Shown here: positions 10,303 to 19,175 of the stretch, piece by piece
Numbering within the stretch: the stretch's first letter is position 1
Layout of the letters: each line of letters begins with the position of its first letter
Virus record (IMG/VR): IMGVR_UViG_2778261638_000005
Span: 6,684-70,683 of that record
Reading direction: 5' to 3' (one strand)
From: a virus
Lineage: Duplodnaviria > Heunggongvirae > Uroviricota > Caudoviricetes
DNA length: 64,000 bases
Program-made: the position numbers and the translations under genes
The notes under the pieces: model-generated
The model's input: the letters and a program-made list of their open reading frames with translations, nothing else
What the model was told of the DNA's origin: nothing
The model's database searches: none

Positions 10303-11978
10303 TGTGATTGCCCACCCTGACCACTAACTGCATTCGCCATAGCTGACAAAACACTCGGATCCGAAGTTTTAGCTTCGCTTAGCGTCTTGGCACCCTGTGC
10401 CGCCGCCATCCCCATCGCCATCATTTGTTGCTGCTGTTGTTGCTGTGCCCGTTGCTGGCGAGTCTGCTCAACCTGTTCCTGCGGAACAATGACGGTTGGA
10501 GACACTCCGGACATATCAGCGAATGCATCGATCGCCTGATCAACGTTGAGTTTGTCGAGAGCTTCTGGTTTCGCTTGCGCAAGTTGACCAATGAAGTTGA
10601 CCGTAGACGCCAGACTGGACAGGCCGATAGACTTCTGCGCCTGAGCCATGACGGAAATGTATTCGACCTTCAGGGGCATACCTTCCATCGCGTCAGGCGG
10701 TGGCGGCAGCATTTTTTTACGCACCATCATCGAGAAAGCGCGGTCAATGAGAGGATTAAGACATTCGTCGTTCAGACGCTCCAGAACCGGCCCCAACATC
10801 AGAAGTTTTTCTTCTTTCATTTCGATCACCGCTTCAACAGGCATCGAGCGGGTATTGATGTTCTGCAACATCATGAACAGATCGACAAAGTAGGCGCTGT
10901 TAATGATTTGGCGAGTGTCCTGAATGTCTGCTACCAGATCTGCTGTACTGGGGTTAACCAGATAAGCAGGCCTGAAACCATCCTGACCAGTAATCTGATC
11001 GATATACGTGATGTCGCCAGGAAGAAGGGAGGCGCGCTGATTCTTGAGGGAAGTCGGAGCAACCATCGGCGGATTGGTGGCTTTATCAATCAACTGCGAC
11101 TTGCGCTTCTGGAGAAGCTGCAATGCCTTAACAGGTCCAAGCGCCAGCATACCCGGGCATGATGATCCATAAACATCTTCGCCGTTAACTTCCCAGCGCG
11201 GAGCCATAATTGGAAACTCATCGAATCCGGACTCACGCAACAACTTGTCGTTATCGCCACCAACCTCGTAATAAACCGATTTGAATGGCTTGTTCTTGCT
11301 ATCCAGCTTCGATGTATCGCGGTCAATGTTCGGGTAAACCGAATGCATCACTTCAATCCACTTCTCGTAGGTGCCGCTTTCCCACATGCTTTTTACGGAT
11401 TCGCTGACGTTATTTAGCCCGAACTCCTGAACAAGCTGACGAACAGTCATAGAGAACTTGCGAAAACAGGTGTCCACACTGCCACGAGGTGAGTTAGCCA
11501 GGTAGTAACTGCCTATCGGGAATGGCATTGTGCGAATGATGTCCTCGTCATCCTCCAGCACTGCCATTGCACCAGTGCTGTATGTGCCGAGGCTTCCGTA
11601 TAACTGCGGCAGAGACTGATAGAGATTCGACTTATTGAACATATCGTTCATGCGGTTCTGCACCGCCTCAAGCCACAACTTAACAGGGCCATAATCCATC
11701 ATTTCAGGATCTGGCGTAGCCAGGCGAAACCACGGACGCGCGGGGCTTGTGATGCCTGACATCATGCCGCTGGCGAGAGTGCGCGCCGCCATAGTCCCGG
11801 TCGAATCAATAATGCGTGTATTGCGTCGATCGTTACGGTTGACCTCAGAAGTCAGAAAGCGGGAACCACGCGGGTTGATGTAATCACTCAACTCGCGCCA
11901 GTGCGGCTCGAACGACTGACGCTCGCTTTCAAGTTGTGCGAACTGTTTGTTCAATCGCTCTTTAGTTGTTTCCGCCAT
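10299..11978 (-). CDS. portal (head-to-tail connector) protein, podovirus/T7-like
   Basis: 559 aa; Gln/Ala/Met-rich C-terminal tail (QQRAQQQQQQQMMAMGMAAAQG...) like the T7 gp8 C-terminus as recalled; sits between terminase and scaffold. Confidence 0.8.
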   Translation of the reverse strand: MAETTKERLNKQFAQLESERQSFEPHWRELSDYINPRGSRFLTSEVNRNDRRNTRIIDSTGTMAARTLASGMMSGITSPARPWFRLATPDPEMMDYGPVKLWLEAVQNRMNDMFNKSNLYQSLPQLYGSLGTYSTGAMAVLEDDEDIIRTMPFPIGSYYLANSPRGSVDTCFRKFSMTVRQLVQEFGLNNVSESVKSMWESGTYEKWIEVMHSVYPNIDRDTSKLDSKNKPFKSVYYEVGGDNDKLLRESGFDEFPIMAPRWEVNGEDVYGSSCPGMLALGPVKALQLLQKRKSQLIDKATNPPMVAPTSLKNQRASLLPGDITYIDQITGQDGFRPAYLVNPSTADLVADIQDTRQIINSAYFVDLFMMLQNINTRSMPVEAVIEMKEEKLLMLGPVLERLNDECLNPLIDRAFSMMVRKKMLPPPPDAMEGMPLKVEYISVMAQAQKSIGLSSLASTVNFIGQLAQAKPEALDKLNVDQAIDAFADMSGVSPTVIVPQEQVEQTRQQRAQQQQQQQMMAMGMAAAQGAKTLSEAKTSDPSVLSAMANAVSGQGGQSQ

Positions 11979-11992
11979 TTCAATGACTCCGG

Positions 11993-12199
11993 TTACTGAC
12001 CAAGTAGCGTTTTACCGCTGGTATTAGCGGTTGATGTGTCGCCCTGAGAACCGGTAAGCAGCGTAGAACTACGACCAGCAGCAGCGCGACGGCGACGAGT
12101 TTCTTCGTCGCGGGCATCAACAACGGCGGCATCCTGCTCCTGTGGTGCTGCCTGAACTTCTGGTGTTGCAGGCACTGATGGTGAGCTACCCATGCACAT
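11993..12199 (-). CDS. small Ser/Thr/Ala-rich protein (putative)
   Basis: 68 aa ORF with GGAG RBS 8 nt upstream, just upstream of portal. Confidence 0.25.
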   Translation of the reverse strand: MCMGSSPSVPATPEVQAAPQEQDAAVVDARDEETRRRRAAAGRSSTLLTGSQGDTSTANTSGKTLLGQ

Positions 12200-12626
12200 A
12201 TCAATGACTCCGTACGCAATTAAATTATTACCAATTTAACCACATATGATTTATTTATCGTAGTCGGTTGACATTTAACGCACGAATTATTACCTTTCAG
12301 GTAACCAAAAAGTTCATTCCGGTTACTAACCTGACTGGCTTGTCGTTAAATTGAACAGGTGGAGTGAGCTTTTATTTTGAGCAGTACGGCGTATGGCACA
12401 TGCGCCGATAGCGGCCTGGATACGTTTAAGGGGCACCCTCCCTTGCTCGGGCAAACGAACCAGGTAGCCGGAATGTGCAAGTCGAGCGGTTTTATTCCGC
12501 GCACGGGGATTCACCATCCCGGCGATTCGGTGTGACGCCTCGGAAGAGACGAGGGTACAACGATGAGAGCATTTATGGAGCCGCGACAAAGTGTGGTGCC
12601 TTAACAGGCTAAGTGCTCTCAGCGTT

Positions 12627-12703
12627 GTGGCATTAGCTCAGTCGGACAGAGCAACCGCCTTCTAAGCGGTTGGTCGCAGGTTCGAATCCTGCATGCCACG
12701 CCA
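12627..12703 (+). tRNA. tRNA-Arg (anticodon TCT)
   Basis: Cloverleaf read from sequence: acceptor GTGGCAT/ATGCCAC, D-arm GCTC-AGTCGGACA-GAGC, anticodon stem ACCGC/GCGGT with loop CTTCTAA, T-arm GCAGG-TTCGAAT-CCTGC, discriminator G, CCA. Confidence 0.85.
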
Positions 12704-12864
12704 GAATCACGCCTAAGGACCGTGATGCCAGAAGTTCCAGTGCTTGGCGGTGATGGTTTCCCTTGAAGGACTATCACCGCACTTTTTACAGCAGGACGCC
12801 ATTGCGATGACTTCATGCTGTAAACCCGTACAGCCACGGAAGGAAGAACTCATTGCTTCCAGTT

Positions 12865-12889
12865 CGCCCGGTTCGCCGGGCATTTTTTT
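12865..12889 (+). terminator. rho-independent terminator-like hairpin
   Basis: GCCCGG-ttcg-CCGGGC stem followed by ATTTTTTT, downstream of the tRNA. Confidence 0.5.
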
Positions 12890-12900
12890 AAGGTGAGATT

Positions 12901-13257
12901 ATGAACGACCAGCAAATCGAAAAAGAAATCGTTGAGAAAGGCAAAACGGCACCGCGAGTTACGCCTCAATATATCGAAAGCATCATTCTTGAAGAGCATT
13001 TCTTTACTGCTTATGACGGCATTCGTGCCGCCAATATGGGCGTTGGCGATTCATGGACAGCGCATAACTCTACAGACCTCCTGACTTTCTGCGTACTGGT
13101 GCTGAAGAATGGCTTCACCGTCACCGGAGAGAGTGCCTGTGCAAGCCAGGAAAACTTTGATGCAGAAATTGGTCGGAAGATTGCCCGGCAGAATGCTGTA
13201 AACAAAATCTGGATGCTCGAAGGTTACTTGCTGAAGCAGAAGCTAAGCGAGCAATAA
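12901..13257 (+). CDS. hypothetical protein (opposite-strand moron-like gene)
   Basis: 118 aa ORF with AAGGTGAG RBS; only plus-strand gene in an otherwise minus-strand morphogenesis block. Confidence 0.5.
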   Translation: MNDQQIEKEIVEKGKTAPRVTPQYIESIILEEHFFTAYDGIRAANMGVGDSWTAHNSTDLLTFCVLVLKNGFTVTGESACASQENFDAEIGRKIARQNAVNKIWMLEGYLLKQKLSEQ

Positions 13258-13347
13258 CACCGTGACATGTCACAAACAGCCAGCCGATGAGCTGGCTTTG
13301 TTTTATCCTCACCAGAGGATATCAGCAGCATTATCCCCTCCAACGGA

Positions 13348-14823
13348 TTAAGCATAGGGATCGTAATCTGTGATGGCCTTGCCTTGCTGGTTCTGCTGCC
13401 CGGGAATTCGCAGACGCTTCGACACAGGGAACGCAAACGTCAGCAGTAGCGCATCGCCTTTACCCGGCGAACGCCCAAGCCGCTCCTTGATATCTTCCTT
13501 CGGTTCGATAACGATTTTACCGTCCACTCGAACTTTGTACTCAGCCGCCGACAGGTCGTCCGCTGTTTCCTGGTCATCAAGCATGCCACCCAGCCTCAGC
13601 CATGTCTTGCATGAGTTGAACATCTCCCCACGCTTGTTGAGCATCTGCGGGTCAGTAGACGCGCCACCGAACGGAACAAGTTGCCATGTACGACCCCAGC
13701 CGTCACCGATTGACTTCAGACCAGTTCCGTAACCGAAGTCGATGAACACTGCGTCAGCCTGGTACTGGTCTTCAAAGTCAGCGATACGCTTCGCCATAAT
13801 CAGATCGTCAGTGGTCTTGTTGCCAGTCCACAGCACCTTACTGTGCAGCCCCTGCCGCAGGTATATCACAGCGTCATCAACGCCGGAGTATGCCGGGTCA
13901 ACGCCGATTATCACCGGAGCATGTGCAACCTGCGCAGCGGTTACCACCCGTTTCATTGCCTCGTCAGTAAGGCCAGTAGGGATAAACTGCAATTCAGATG
14001 CATCCGGGAATATGCCGCGCACACGGATTTTAACGAAGTCGCTGTCTTCCCCGTAGTCATCAACCCATTTCTGCAACTGCTGTTTGTTAGTGCCTTCCAC
14101 CGTCCGGCTGTCAATCTGCGCACACTTCCAGCGGTGTTTGTACTTGCGGAAACATTCACGGAAACGCCCGGTGTTACGCGTCGGGTTTCCGAACGCCACC
14201 CAGATAATCTCAGTGTCTTCGTCCGTTAGCGCACCCTCGGCAACTTCCCACACCAGATCCGCAATGTTCGACGCTTCATCGAATACCACGATGATGCGTT
14301 TGCGCTCGTTGTGTAGTCCGGCGAATGCCTCAGTGTTGTGCTCAGACCAGGGGATTGCGTCAGCTCGCCACCGCTTGTCGTGCCCAGGGTCATTGCTGTA
14401 CATCGCGGTAGCGGTACAGGTAAACCAGTCTTTCGTGATAGCAAGGTTCGACCACTTGATAATTTCCGGCCAAGTCTTCGTTCGTAGCTGGTTGTCGGTG
14501 TTGGCGGTCACCACGACCTTACAATCCTCGCAAGTGGACATGCCCCAGTTGATCAGCATTGAGATGAATGCGGATTTACCAATACCGTGACCCGAAGCAC
14601 GTGCCAGCATAAGCGGCTGATAGCGCGTCTCTGGATTCTGCAGGTGATCACGTATCTCTCGGAACGCATCAGCCTGCCACTGACGTGGACCGGTGGCATG
14701 TGCTAATTCAGTCCCCTCTTCCCCCCACGGGAACGCATAGAGGGCATAGCCAAGCGGATCGTGAGTGAACCCTGCAATATCCTCGATCAACTGCTCTTCA
14801 GGAGATAACGCTGTATCTGTCAC
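13348..14823 (-). CDS. terminase large subunit
   Basis: 491 aa; Walker A-like SGHGIGKS and Walker B-like IIVVFDEAS; nuclease-type C-terminal half. Confidence 0.85.
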   Translation of the reverse strand: MTDTALSPEEQLIEDIAGFTHDPLGYALYAFPWGEEGTELAHATGPRQWQADAFREIRDHLQNPETRYQPLMLARASGHGIGKSAFISMLINWGMSTCEDCKVVVTANTDNQLRTKTWPEIIKWSNLAITKDWFTCTATAMYSNDPGHDKRWRADAIPWSEHNTEAFAGLHNERKRIIVVFDEASNIADLVWEVAEGALTDEDTEIIWVAFGNPTRNTGRFRECFRKYKHRWKCAQIDSRTVEGTNKQQLQKWVDDYGEDSDFVKIRVRGIFPDASELQFIPTGLTDEAMKRVVTAAQVAHAPVIIGVDPAYSGVDDAVIYLRQGLHSKVLWTGNKTTDDLIMAKRIADFEDQYQADAVFIDFGYGTGLKSIGDGWGRTWQLVPFGGASTDPQMLNKRGEMFNSCKTWLRLGGMLDDQETADDLSAAEYKVRVDGKIVIEPKEDIKERLGRSPGKGDALLLTFAFPVSKRLRIPGQQNQQGKAITDYDPYA

Positions 14824-15494
14824 TGATTACCATCCTGACGTTCTTTGAGTCGCTTCCTGGCTGCTGCTATGCGATCAGCAATTGTCACATTCACATTAAC
14901 ATCCAGACGTTCTTTGAACGCGTTGACATCAACATGCTTACCAATCAGCTCAAGGTTCTTCACCTTGTCAGGCCATTTAATTTTTTTGAGGATTGTCTCT
15001 ATCGAATCCTCGTTCATGTTCATGATGGTCGATGACAGATCAAAGCCACTAAGCGTAGTGCGCCAAATTTTCGGCCACTCACGGATTGGTTTAAGGCTCC
15101 CATCGTCGTTGAGGATGTCGATCACGTCCATCTGGTCGATCTCCACCAGGCGCATGAGAACGTAATCAGCACTGACGCGCATTCGTTTGTTGCGCTCCTC
15201 CATCAACTCGGCAATCCGTTTTTGAATGCGTTCATCGCGCATCATGACACTGGCTTTAACTGCCGCTGTATTTGGGGAGAATCCTGCGTTAATCGCTGCC
15301 TGAGTCTGGTTTTCAGGCGTTTTGATGTATGACTGGCAATAAGCCTCCTGCATTGCTGTTAGTGGCTTAAATTGCGTTGATTTGCGTTTATAGGTTTTAG
15401 GTTCAGCAGGCATCATAACCACCGTGGTAATAGTTACCGTTGTGGTAATAGTATCATGCAAAATAAAGCCGCCATAGTTGGCGGCAGTATTCAA
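14820..15494 (-). CDS. terminase small subunit
   Basis: TPENQTQAAINAGFS HTH motif typical of terminase small subunits; probable true start at MMPAEP (15416); coupled to large subunit. Confidence 0.7.
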   Translation of the reverse strand: MNTAANYGGFILHDTITTTVTITTVVMMPAEPKTYKRKSTQFKPLTAMQEAYCQSYIKTPENQTQAAINAGFSPNTAAVKASVMMRDERIQKRIAELMEERNKRMRVSADYVLMRLVEIDQMDVIDILNDDGSLKPIREWPKIWRTTLSGFDLSSTIMNMNEDSIETILKKIKWPDKVKNLELIGKHVDVNAFKERLDVNVNVTIADRIAAARKRLKERQDGNQ

Positions 15495-15534
15495 AACCCA
15501 TCAAATTCATCATGCATAATCTACTCGTGACATG

Positions 15535-15873
15535 TCACACTATTAATTTCGTTTCATGCCAGCCTTTAGTCACCCAGCATTGCGAGTCACCATTACACGG
15601 GCATGAATTAACTGGAACTCTCTCGCCGCACTTACCGCAACGTTTTCTGCTGATCGATTTTATACGCCCGCGCACGCGTGCATCATCCTGGCGGATCAGT
15701 AACGCTATATACTCACCAAATTCGTAAGGCGCACGCCCGGGGCGACGCGTGGCACAGTTACGCTCCAGCATTTCAATTTCCTGAGCATCAAGCACAATTT
15801 CCAGCTTACGCACACCAGATGCAGCTTGTCTGGCTCTCTGAGCGGCTTTGCGCTCTGCTGATGATTTAGCCAT
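15535..15873 (-). CDS. hypothetical protein, Cys-rich C-terminus
   Basis: 112 aa, CGKCG...CPC motif. Confidence 0.4.
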   Translation of the reverse strand: MAKSSAERKAAQRARQAASGVRKLEIVLDAQEIEMLERNCATRRPGRAPYEFGEYIALLIRQDDARVRGRIKSISRKRCGKCGERVPVNSCPCNGDSQCWVTKGWHETKLIV

Positions 15874-16288
15874 TCTGATTTTCCTGCATCATGAGAAATA
15901 CAATCATGGCGGCGCGGAGTGGGTTGTTGTCTATGGTAATAAATTCACAAAATCTATCCGCCTCCCACCAATATTCATTCTTCATTCCAGGATTATTTCT
16001 TTCGTATGCACATATGCTGATCTGATGTTTTGCGATTACAGGCCATGAGGCGCTCGGATCATTGCAGTAGTCAGGTAAAGGGTTTAATGGCTCAAAAGTT
16101 GTATCAGCATTTCCGTAATACCATTTGTTGGTGTTATTCCCTGATGTTTCCGGTTTACATGCCCAAAGGCCTTTAAAAATTATGTCTCCTACCATTCTGT
16201 TAATTTCAAAATCACTTAACTGTGAATAGTCCATTACTTCACCTCCTGCGGCGGTTCTGGTAGCGGCATCCAATTGATTACATCGCAT
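15866..16288 (-). CDS. hypothetical prophage protein
   Basis: 140 aa ORF, probable start at internal MDYSQL. Confidence 0.4.
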   Translation of the reverse strand: MRCNQLDAATRTAAGGEVMDYSQLSDFEINRMVGDIIFKGLWACKPETSGNNTNKWYYGNADTTFEPLNPLPDYCNDPSASWPVIAKHQISICAYERNNPGMKNEYWWEADRFCEFITIDNNPLRAAMIVFLMMQENQNG

Positions 16289-16617
16289 TCAGGGATGCTG
16301 ATATCATCACCAAGCCACCCTTGACCTTCAGACCAGCATTGCACGTAATACCCGTATTCTGTGTTCACTACGCACCACTGCGCGTCGTCCGGCATTTGCT
16401 CACTACAGCTTATCCAATCATCCGGAGTTACCGGAGAGTTGCCCGATAGCTGGTTCAACTTGTAAGTTTGGCTTACAGGTTCTGCTTCCAGCGATGCCAG
16501 TGCAATTCGTGCCAGCTCTTCCGCTTCTTCTGCTGGCAGTACAACGTTGCTACCAGGTCCGTATGTTTCGCGCCACTGCTTGATTGTCAGCAGTCGCTCT
16601 TTGGTTATAGTGGTCAT
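16234..16617 (-). CDS. DUF551-like prophage protein
   Basis: 127 aa, acidic Trp/Cys-containing C-terminal half typical of DUF551 proteins in enterobacterial prophages. Confidence 0.45.
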   Translation of the reverse strand: MTTITKERLLTIKQWRETYGPGSNVVLPAEEAEELARIALASLEAEPVSQTYKLNQLSGNSPVTPDDWISCSEQMPDDAQWCVVNTEYGYYVQCWSEGQGWLGDDISIPECDVINWMPLPEPPQEVK

Positions 16618-16874
16618 TTGTTAATCCTCAAAACTTTATGCCCGGGCGCAAAAGCACGCGTTTTGTCTTTGCTTATTCGCCAGCCATCCTTGCGCGCCTC
16701 TTTTGCACAGCCAGCCCATGACGTACCTATATACTCACCGAAGTCTGGCGACTTATATTTGCCATCTGTACATTGGAGGCAATCACAATAGAGATGCATG
16801 GTGTAACTTGCAGCGATAGCCATATCACTCTCCTTTAGTGCGCAAGTGGTTTTTCCAGCGGTTTTGCGCCGCAC
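16614..16874 (-). CDS. hypothetical protein
   Basis: 86 aa ORF, Cys-rich. Confidence 0.3.
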   Translation of the reverse strand: MRRKTAGKTTCALKESDMAIAASYTMHLYCDCLQCTDGKYKSPDFGEYIGTSWAGCAKEARKDGWRISKDKTRAFAPGHKVLRINK

Positions 16875-17182
16875 TGGGCTTTTTGCAACAGCTGTGACCC
16901 ATCACCCCGCAACACCCCGTCAACCTCACTCGTCTGTTACTAATCCTCAACCATCGCCAGACCCCAACACCGTTTCTGCTAGCTAACAGAATTTTTGCCT
17001 TACGGTTTTTCATCGTTTTGTTCTCCTGCGTTTCCTTGCTGCTCGTTTCGCCGCTGCAACGCCTGTACGGCGTTTCGGTGCCGGAATGATGCTGTCAGCC
17101 ATCAGGACATACGGCTTTGCAATTAGCGCAGAAGCCCAAAAACGAGTCGGGTACGGTAACAAGCCGATACATGCCACACGCA

Positions 17183-17854
17183 TTACTCACCTCCTTTGAT
17201 GCGAATGCCTGCGGCGCGTGGCACATTAACTTCCACGATGCGCACTGTTGGTTTGTACATCTCAATCGCTGTCAGCCAGTCAGCTCCTGTCATGCGCTTT
17301 TCCGCATCGCCATTAGTCCACTGAACCGGTACACCAATAGCCTTCATCGCAATTTCTATTTCCCCGGCAATGGCGCTTTTCCCGCAACCAGTAAAACCAG
17401 ATACAACGACAAGAACTTCGCCTTTGGCTGGTTTTATTTCCCGAGCTTCCAGTTCTGCTATGCGCTTACTTCCATCCGCGATTACTCCCTCGTAATACTC
17501 ACGCTGCTCGTTGAGTTTTGATTTTGCTTCCTCAAGCTCAACACGCAGTTCCCTTACCGTTAGCGCAATTTCCTCGTTCTCCTGGTCACGGCTTTTGATG
17601 TATTGCTGGTTTCTTTCCCGTTCATCCAGCAGCGCCTGCACTACTTCAGGGTTGAAATCTGCGATATAACGAGCGTTGTTCTCTGCGTTTTTCTGCCCAT
17701 CAAAGCCGGGCCATTTGATAACGTCTTCACATCGTTTATCACCAGGTGTATGCACCGCATATGTACCAGTACCAGACGAAATAAATGCGACCCATTCACC
17801 CTGTGTTGCCAGTTGCGCCGCTTCACGCAGTGCCTGATAGTCAATCTTGCTCAC
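17183..17854 (-). CDS. Ead/Ea22-like protein
   Basis: 223 aa; N-terminal MSKIDYQALREAAQLATQGEW and central coiled coil typical of the Ea22-like family. Confidence 0.5.
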   Translation of the reverse strand: MSKIDYQALREAAQLATQGEWVAFISSGTGTYAVHTPGDKRCEDVIKWPGFDGQKNAENNARYIADFNPEVVQALLDERERNQQYIKSRDQENEEIALTVRELRVELEEAKSKLNEQREYYEGVIADGSKRIAELEAREIKPAKGEVLVVVSGFTGCGKSAIAGEIEIAMKAIGVPVQWTNGDAEKRMTGADWLTAIEMYKPTVRIVEVNVPRAAGIRIKGGE

Positions 17855-18471
17855 TGGTTGCCTCCTTTGCGAAGCTGGGCGGCGATATCTTCGAGAACGC
17901 CATCAGAGAATGAACGGTCAAAATCGCCTTCCGGCGCATTAGCCATAAACTCAGTAGAGGTAAGAATCATCCGGGCAATATCAGCGGCGTTCTTCGCAGT
18001 ATCATCAATAAAACCAGCTTCCCAGGCAGCCAGCATTCTGTTCGCCACAAAGTAAGCGCCCTCCTTGCGTGCTTCAGTCTTCACTTCAGCCAAGAAAGCG
18101 TCGGTGGCTGGGGTTTTTATTTCGTTAAGTGCATCACTGAATCCACCTCTCTCCATACCTAGCTCTGCTTCGTAATCGGCATCGAATGCAGCGTCTTTGC
18201 AGAACTTCTTCAGCTTTGCATTCTCCGCTGCCAGCGCCGAAAACTTCTCGTGTGCCAACTTAACAGCTGCATCAGCCTGCTTAATTGACTCAATCGCTCT
18301 CTGGTGGTCTTCGGCCAGCGCATTAGCACGCACCAGTTGCACTTCCAATTGCGTTGCCAAATTGCTGATCAGCTTTGCCACACTACGCATATCAACGGCC
18401 CCACATTCTGCTTTCAGTTCCGAAGCCATCTCATGCCCGGCGGAAACTAACCCTTTGATATTACTTTCCAT
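17851..18471 (-). CDS. hypothetical protein
   Basis: 206 aa helical protein, overlaps neighbour by 4 nt. Confidence 0.4.
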   Translation of the reverse strand: MESNIKGLVSAGHEMASELKAECGAVDMRSVAKLISNLATQLEVQLVRANALAEDHQRAIESIKQADAAVKLAHEKFSALAAENAKLKKFCKDAAFDADYEAELGMERGGFSDALNEIKTPATDAFLAEVKTEARKEGAYFVANRMLAAWEAGFIDDTAKNAADIARMILTSTEFMANAPEGDFDRSFSDGVLEDIAAQLRKGGNQ

Positions 18472-18532
18472 CTTTACCCTCGCTTATCCACATAACTTAT
18501 TGATTACATTGATAACTAAAAAGATCGTCGAT

Positions 18533-18877
18533 TCAGAACTCTTCGATATTCCAGCCGCCACCTGCTTTCTTTGGCTTAACCGTTACCCCGATGATTCGGA
18601 ACGGATACTGATCTGCGGCGACTTTGGTTTTCACCCTGGCGTCGTCGGTCCAGAAACCTTTCACTTCATGCAGTTCCATCTCACCAGTGGCGAGCATCAC
18701 AGCGAAATCTGGCGTATAGAACGTGTTGTCAGCCAGCCGCAGCTTGATACCCTCGAACCGATACCAGGCGATTTCCCCTGCACGTTTACGCTGCTCAAGG
18801 TGCTGGCAATACGCAGATTCTGTTTTGTTCATCTGGCCTGTTTTGAGTCGACCAAGAGCCTGTATCTGCTTTCTCAT
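18533..18877 (-). CDS. putative PD-(D/E)XK-type nuclease family protein
   Basis: 114 aa; TPDF...GEMELHEVKG resembles a PD..ExK motif; first gene downstream of P in the resident phage. Confidence 0.4.
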   Translation of the reverse strand: MRKQIQALGRLKTGQMNKTESAYCQHLEQRKRAGEIAWYRFEGIKLRLADNTFYTPDFAVMLATGEMELHEVKGFWTDDARVKTKVAADQYPFRIIGVTVKPKKAGGGWNIEEF

Positions 18878-18880
18878 GAT

Positions 18881-18957
18881 TTACCCCTGAGGTAATTAAA
18901 AACCACATAAGACACGAAATCAATAGATTTTAGAATATTTCATTACCCAGAAGGTAA
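18881..18957. promoter_or_regulatory. two TTACC-N5-GGTAA palindromic operator-like sites
   Basis: Perfect copies at 18881-18895 and 18943-18957, same motif as at 58187-58201 and 58899-58913 in the immunity region. Confidence 0.45.
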
Positions 18958-18994
18958 TTATTGAGGCGTAAAAAAATGCGCTATCGCGCTGGTA

Positions 18995-19091
18995 TTACTT
19001 GATAAATCCTGCCGCCTTTCCCCGCCTGTATTCCTCCATCAGCCACTGCGCCGGTGTTATTCCCCCCAGGGTGGCGGCGTTAGGCATGCAC
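18995..19091 (-). pseudogene. displaced 3' end of replication gene P (separated from its 5' part by the Mu-like insertion)
   Basis: Joining host sequence at 56001-56004 to 19091 downwards with one GCAC copy gives an in-frame continuation of P for about 30 codons ending at TAA 18995-18997. Confidence 0.35.
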
Positions 19092-19100
19092 TAAAGCGCG

Positions 19101-19175
19101 CAAAATCATTTGATACCGTTTTGAATTTTTTTTGATACCACCCAAAACGGCACAACGAAAAATTATTTGATACTA
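19101..19175. repeat. right-end transposase-binding repeats (three TTTGATAC cores, attR-like)
   Basis: Cores at 19109-19116, 19131-19138, 19166-19173; 22-bp spacing of the first two as for Mu R1-R2. Confidence 0.6.

Noticed and set aside
12462-12478. Short match to a 16S rRNA 5' motif (TGCAAGTCGAGCGG)
   Set aside because: Only about 13 nt with no flanking rRNA similarity; coincidental.
12326-12589. 87-aa minus-strand ORF upstream of the tRNA
   Set aside because: Arg-rich low-complexity translation with no ribosome-binding site in a GC-rich structured region; more likely non-coding.
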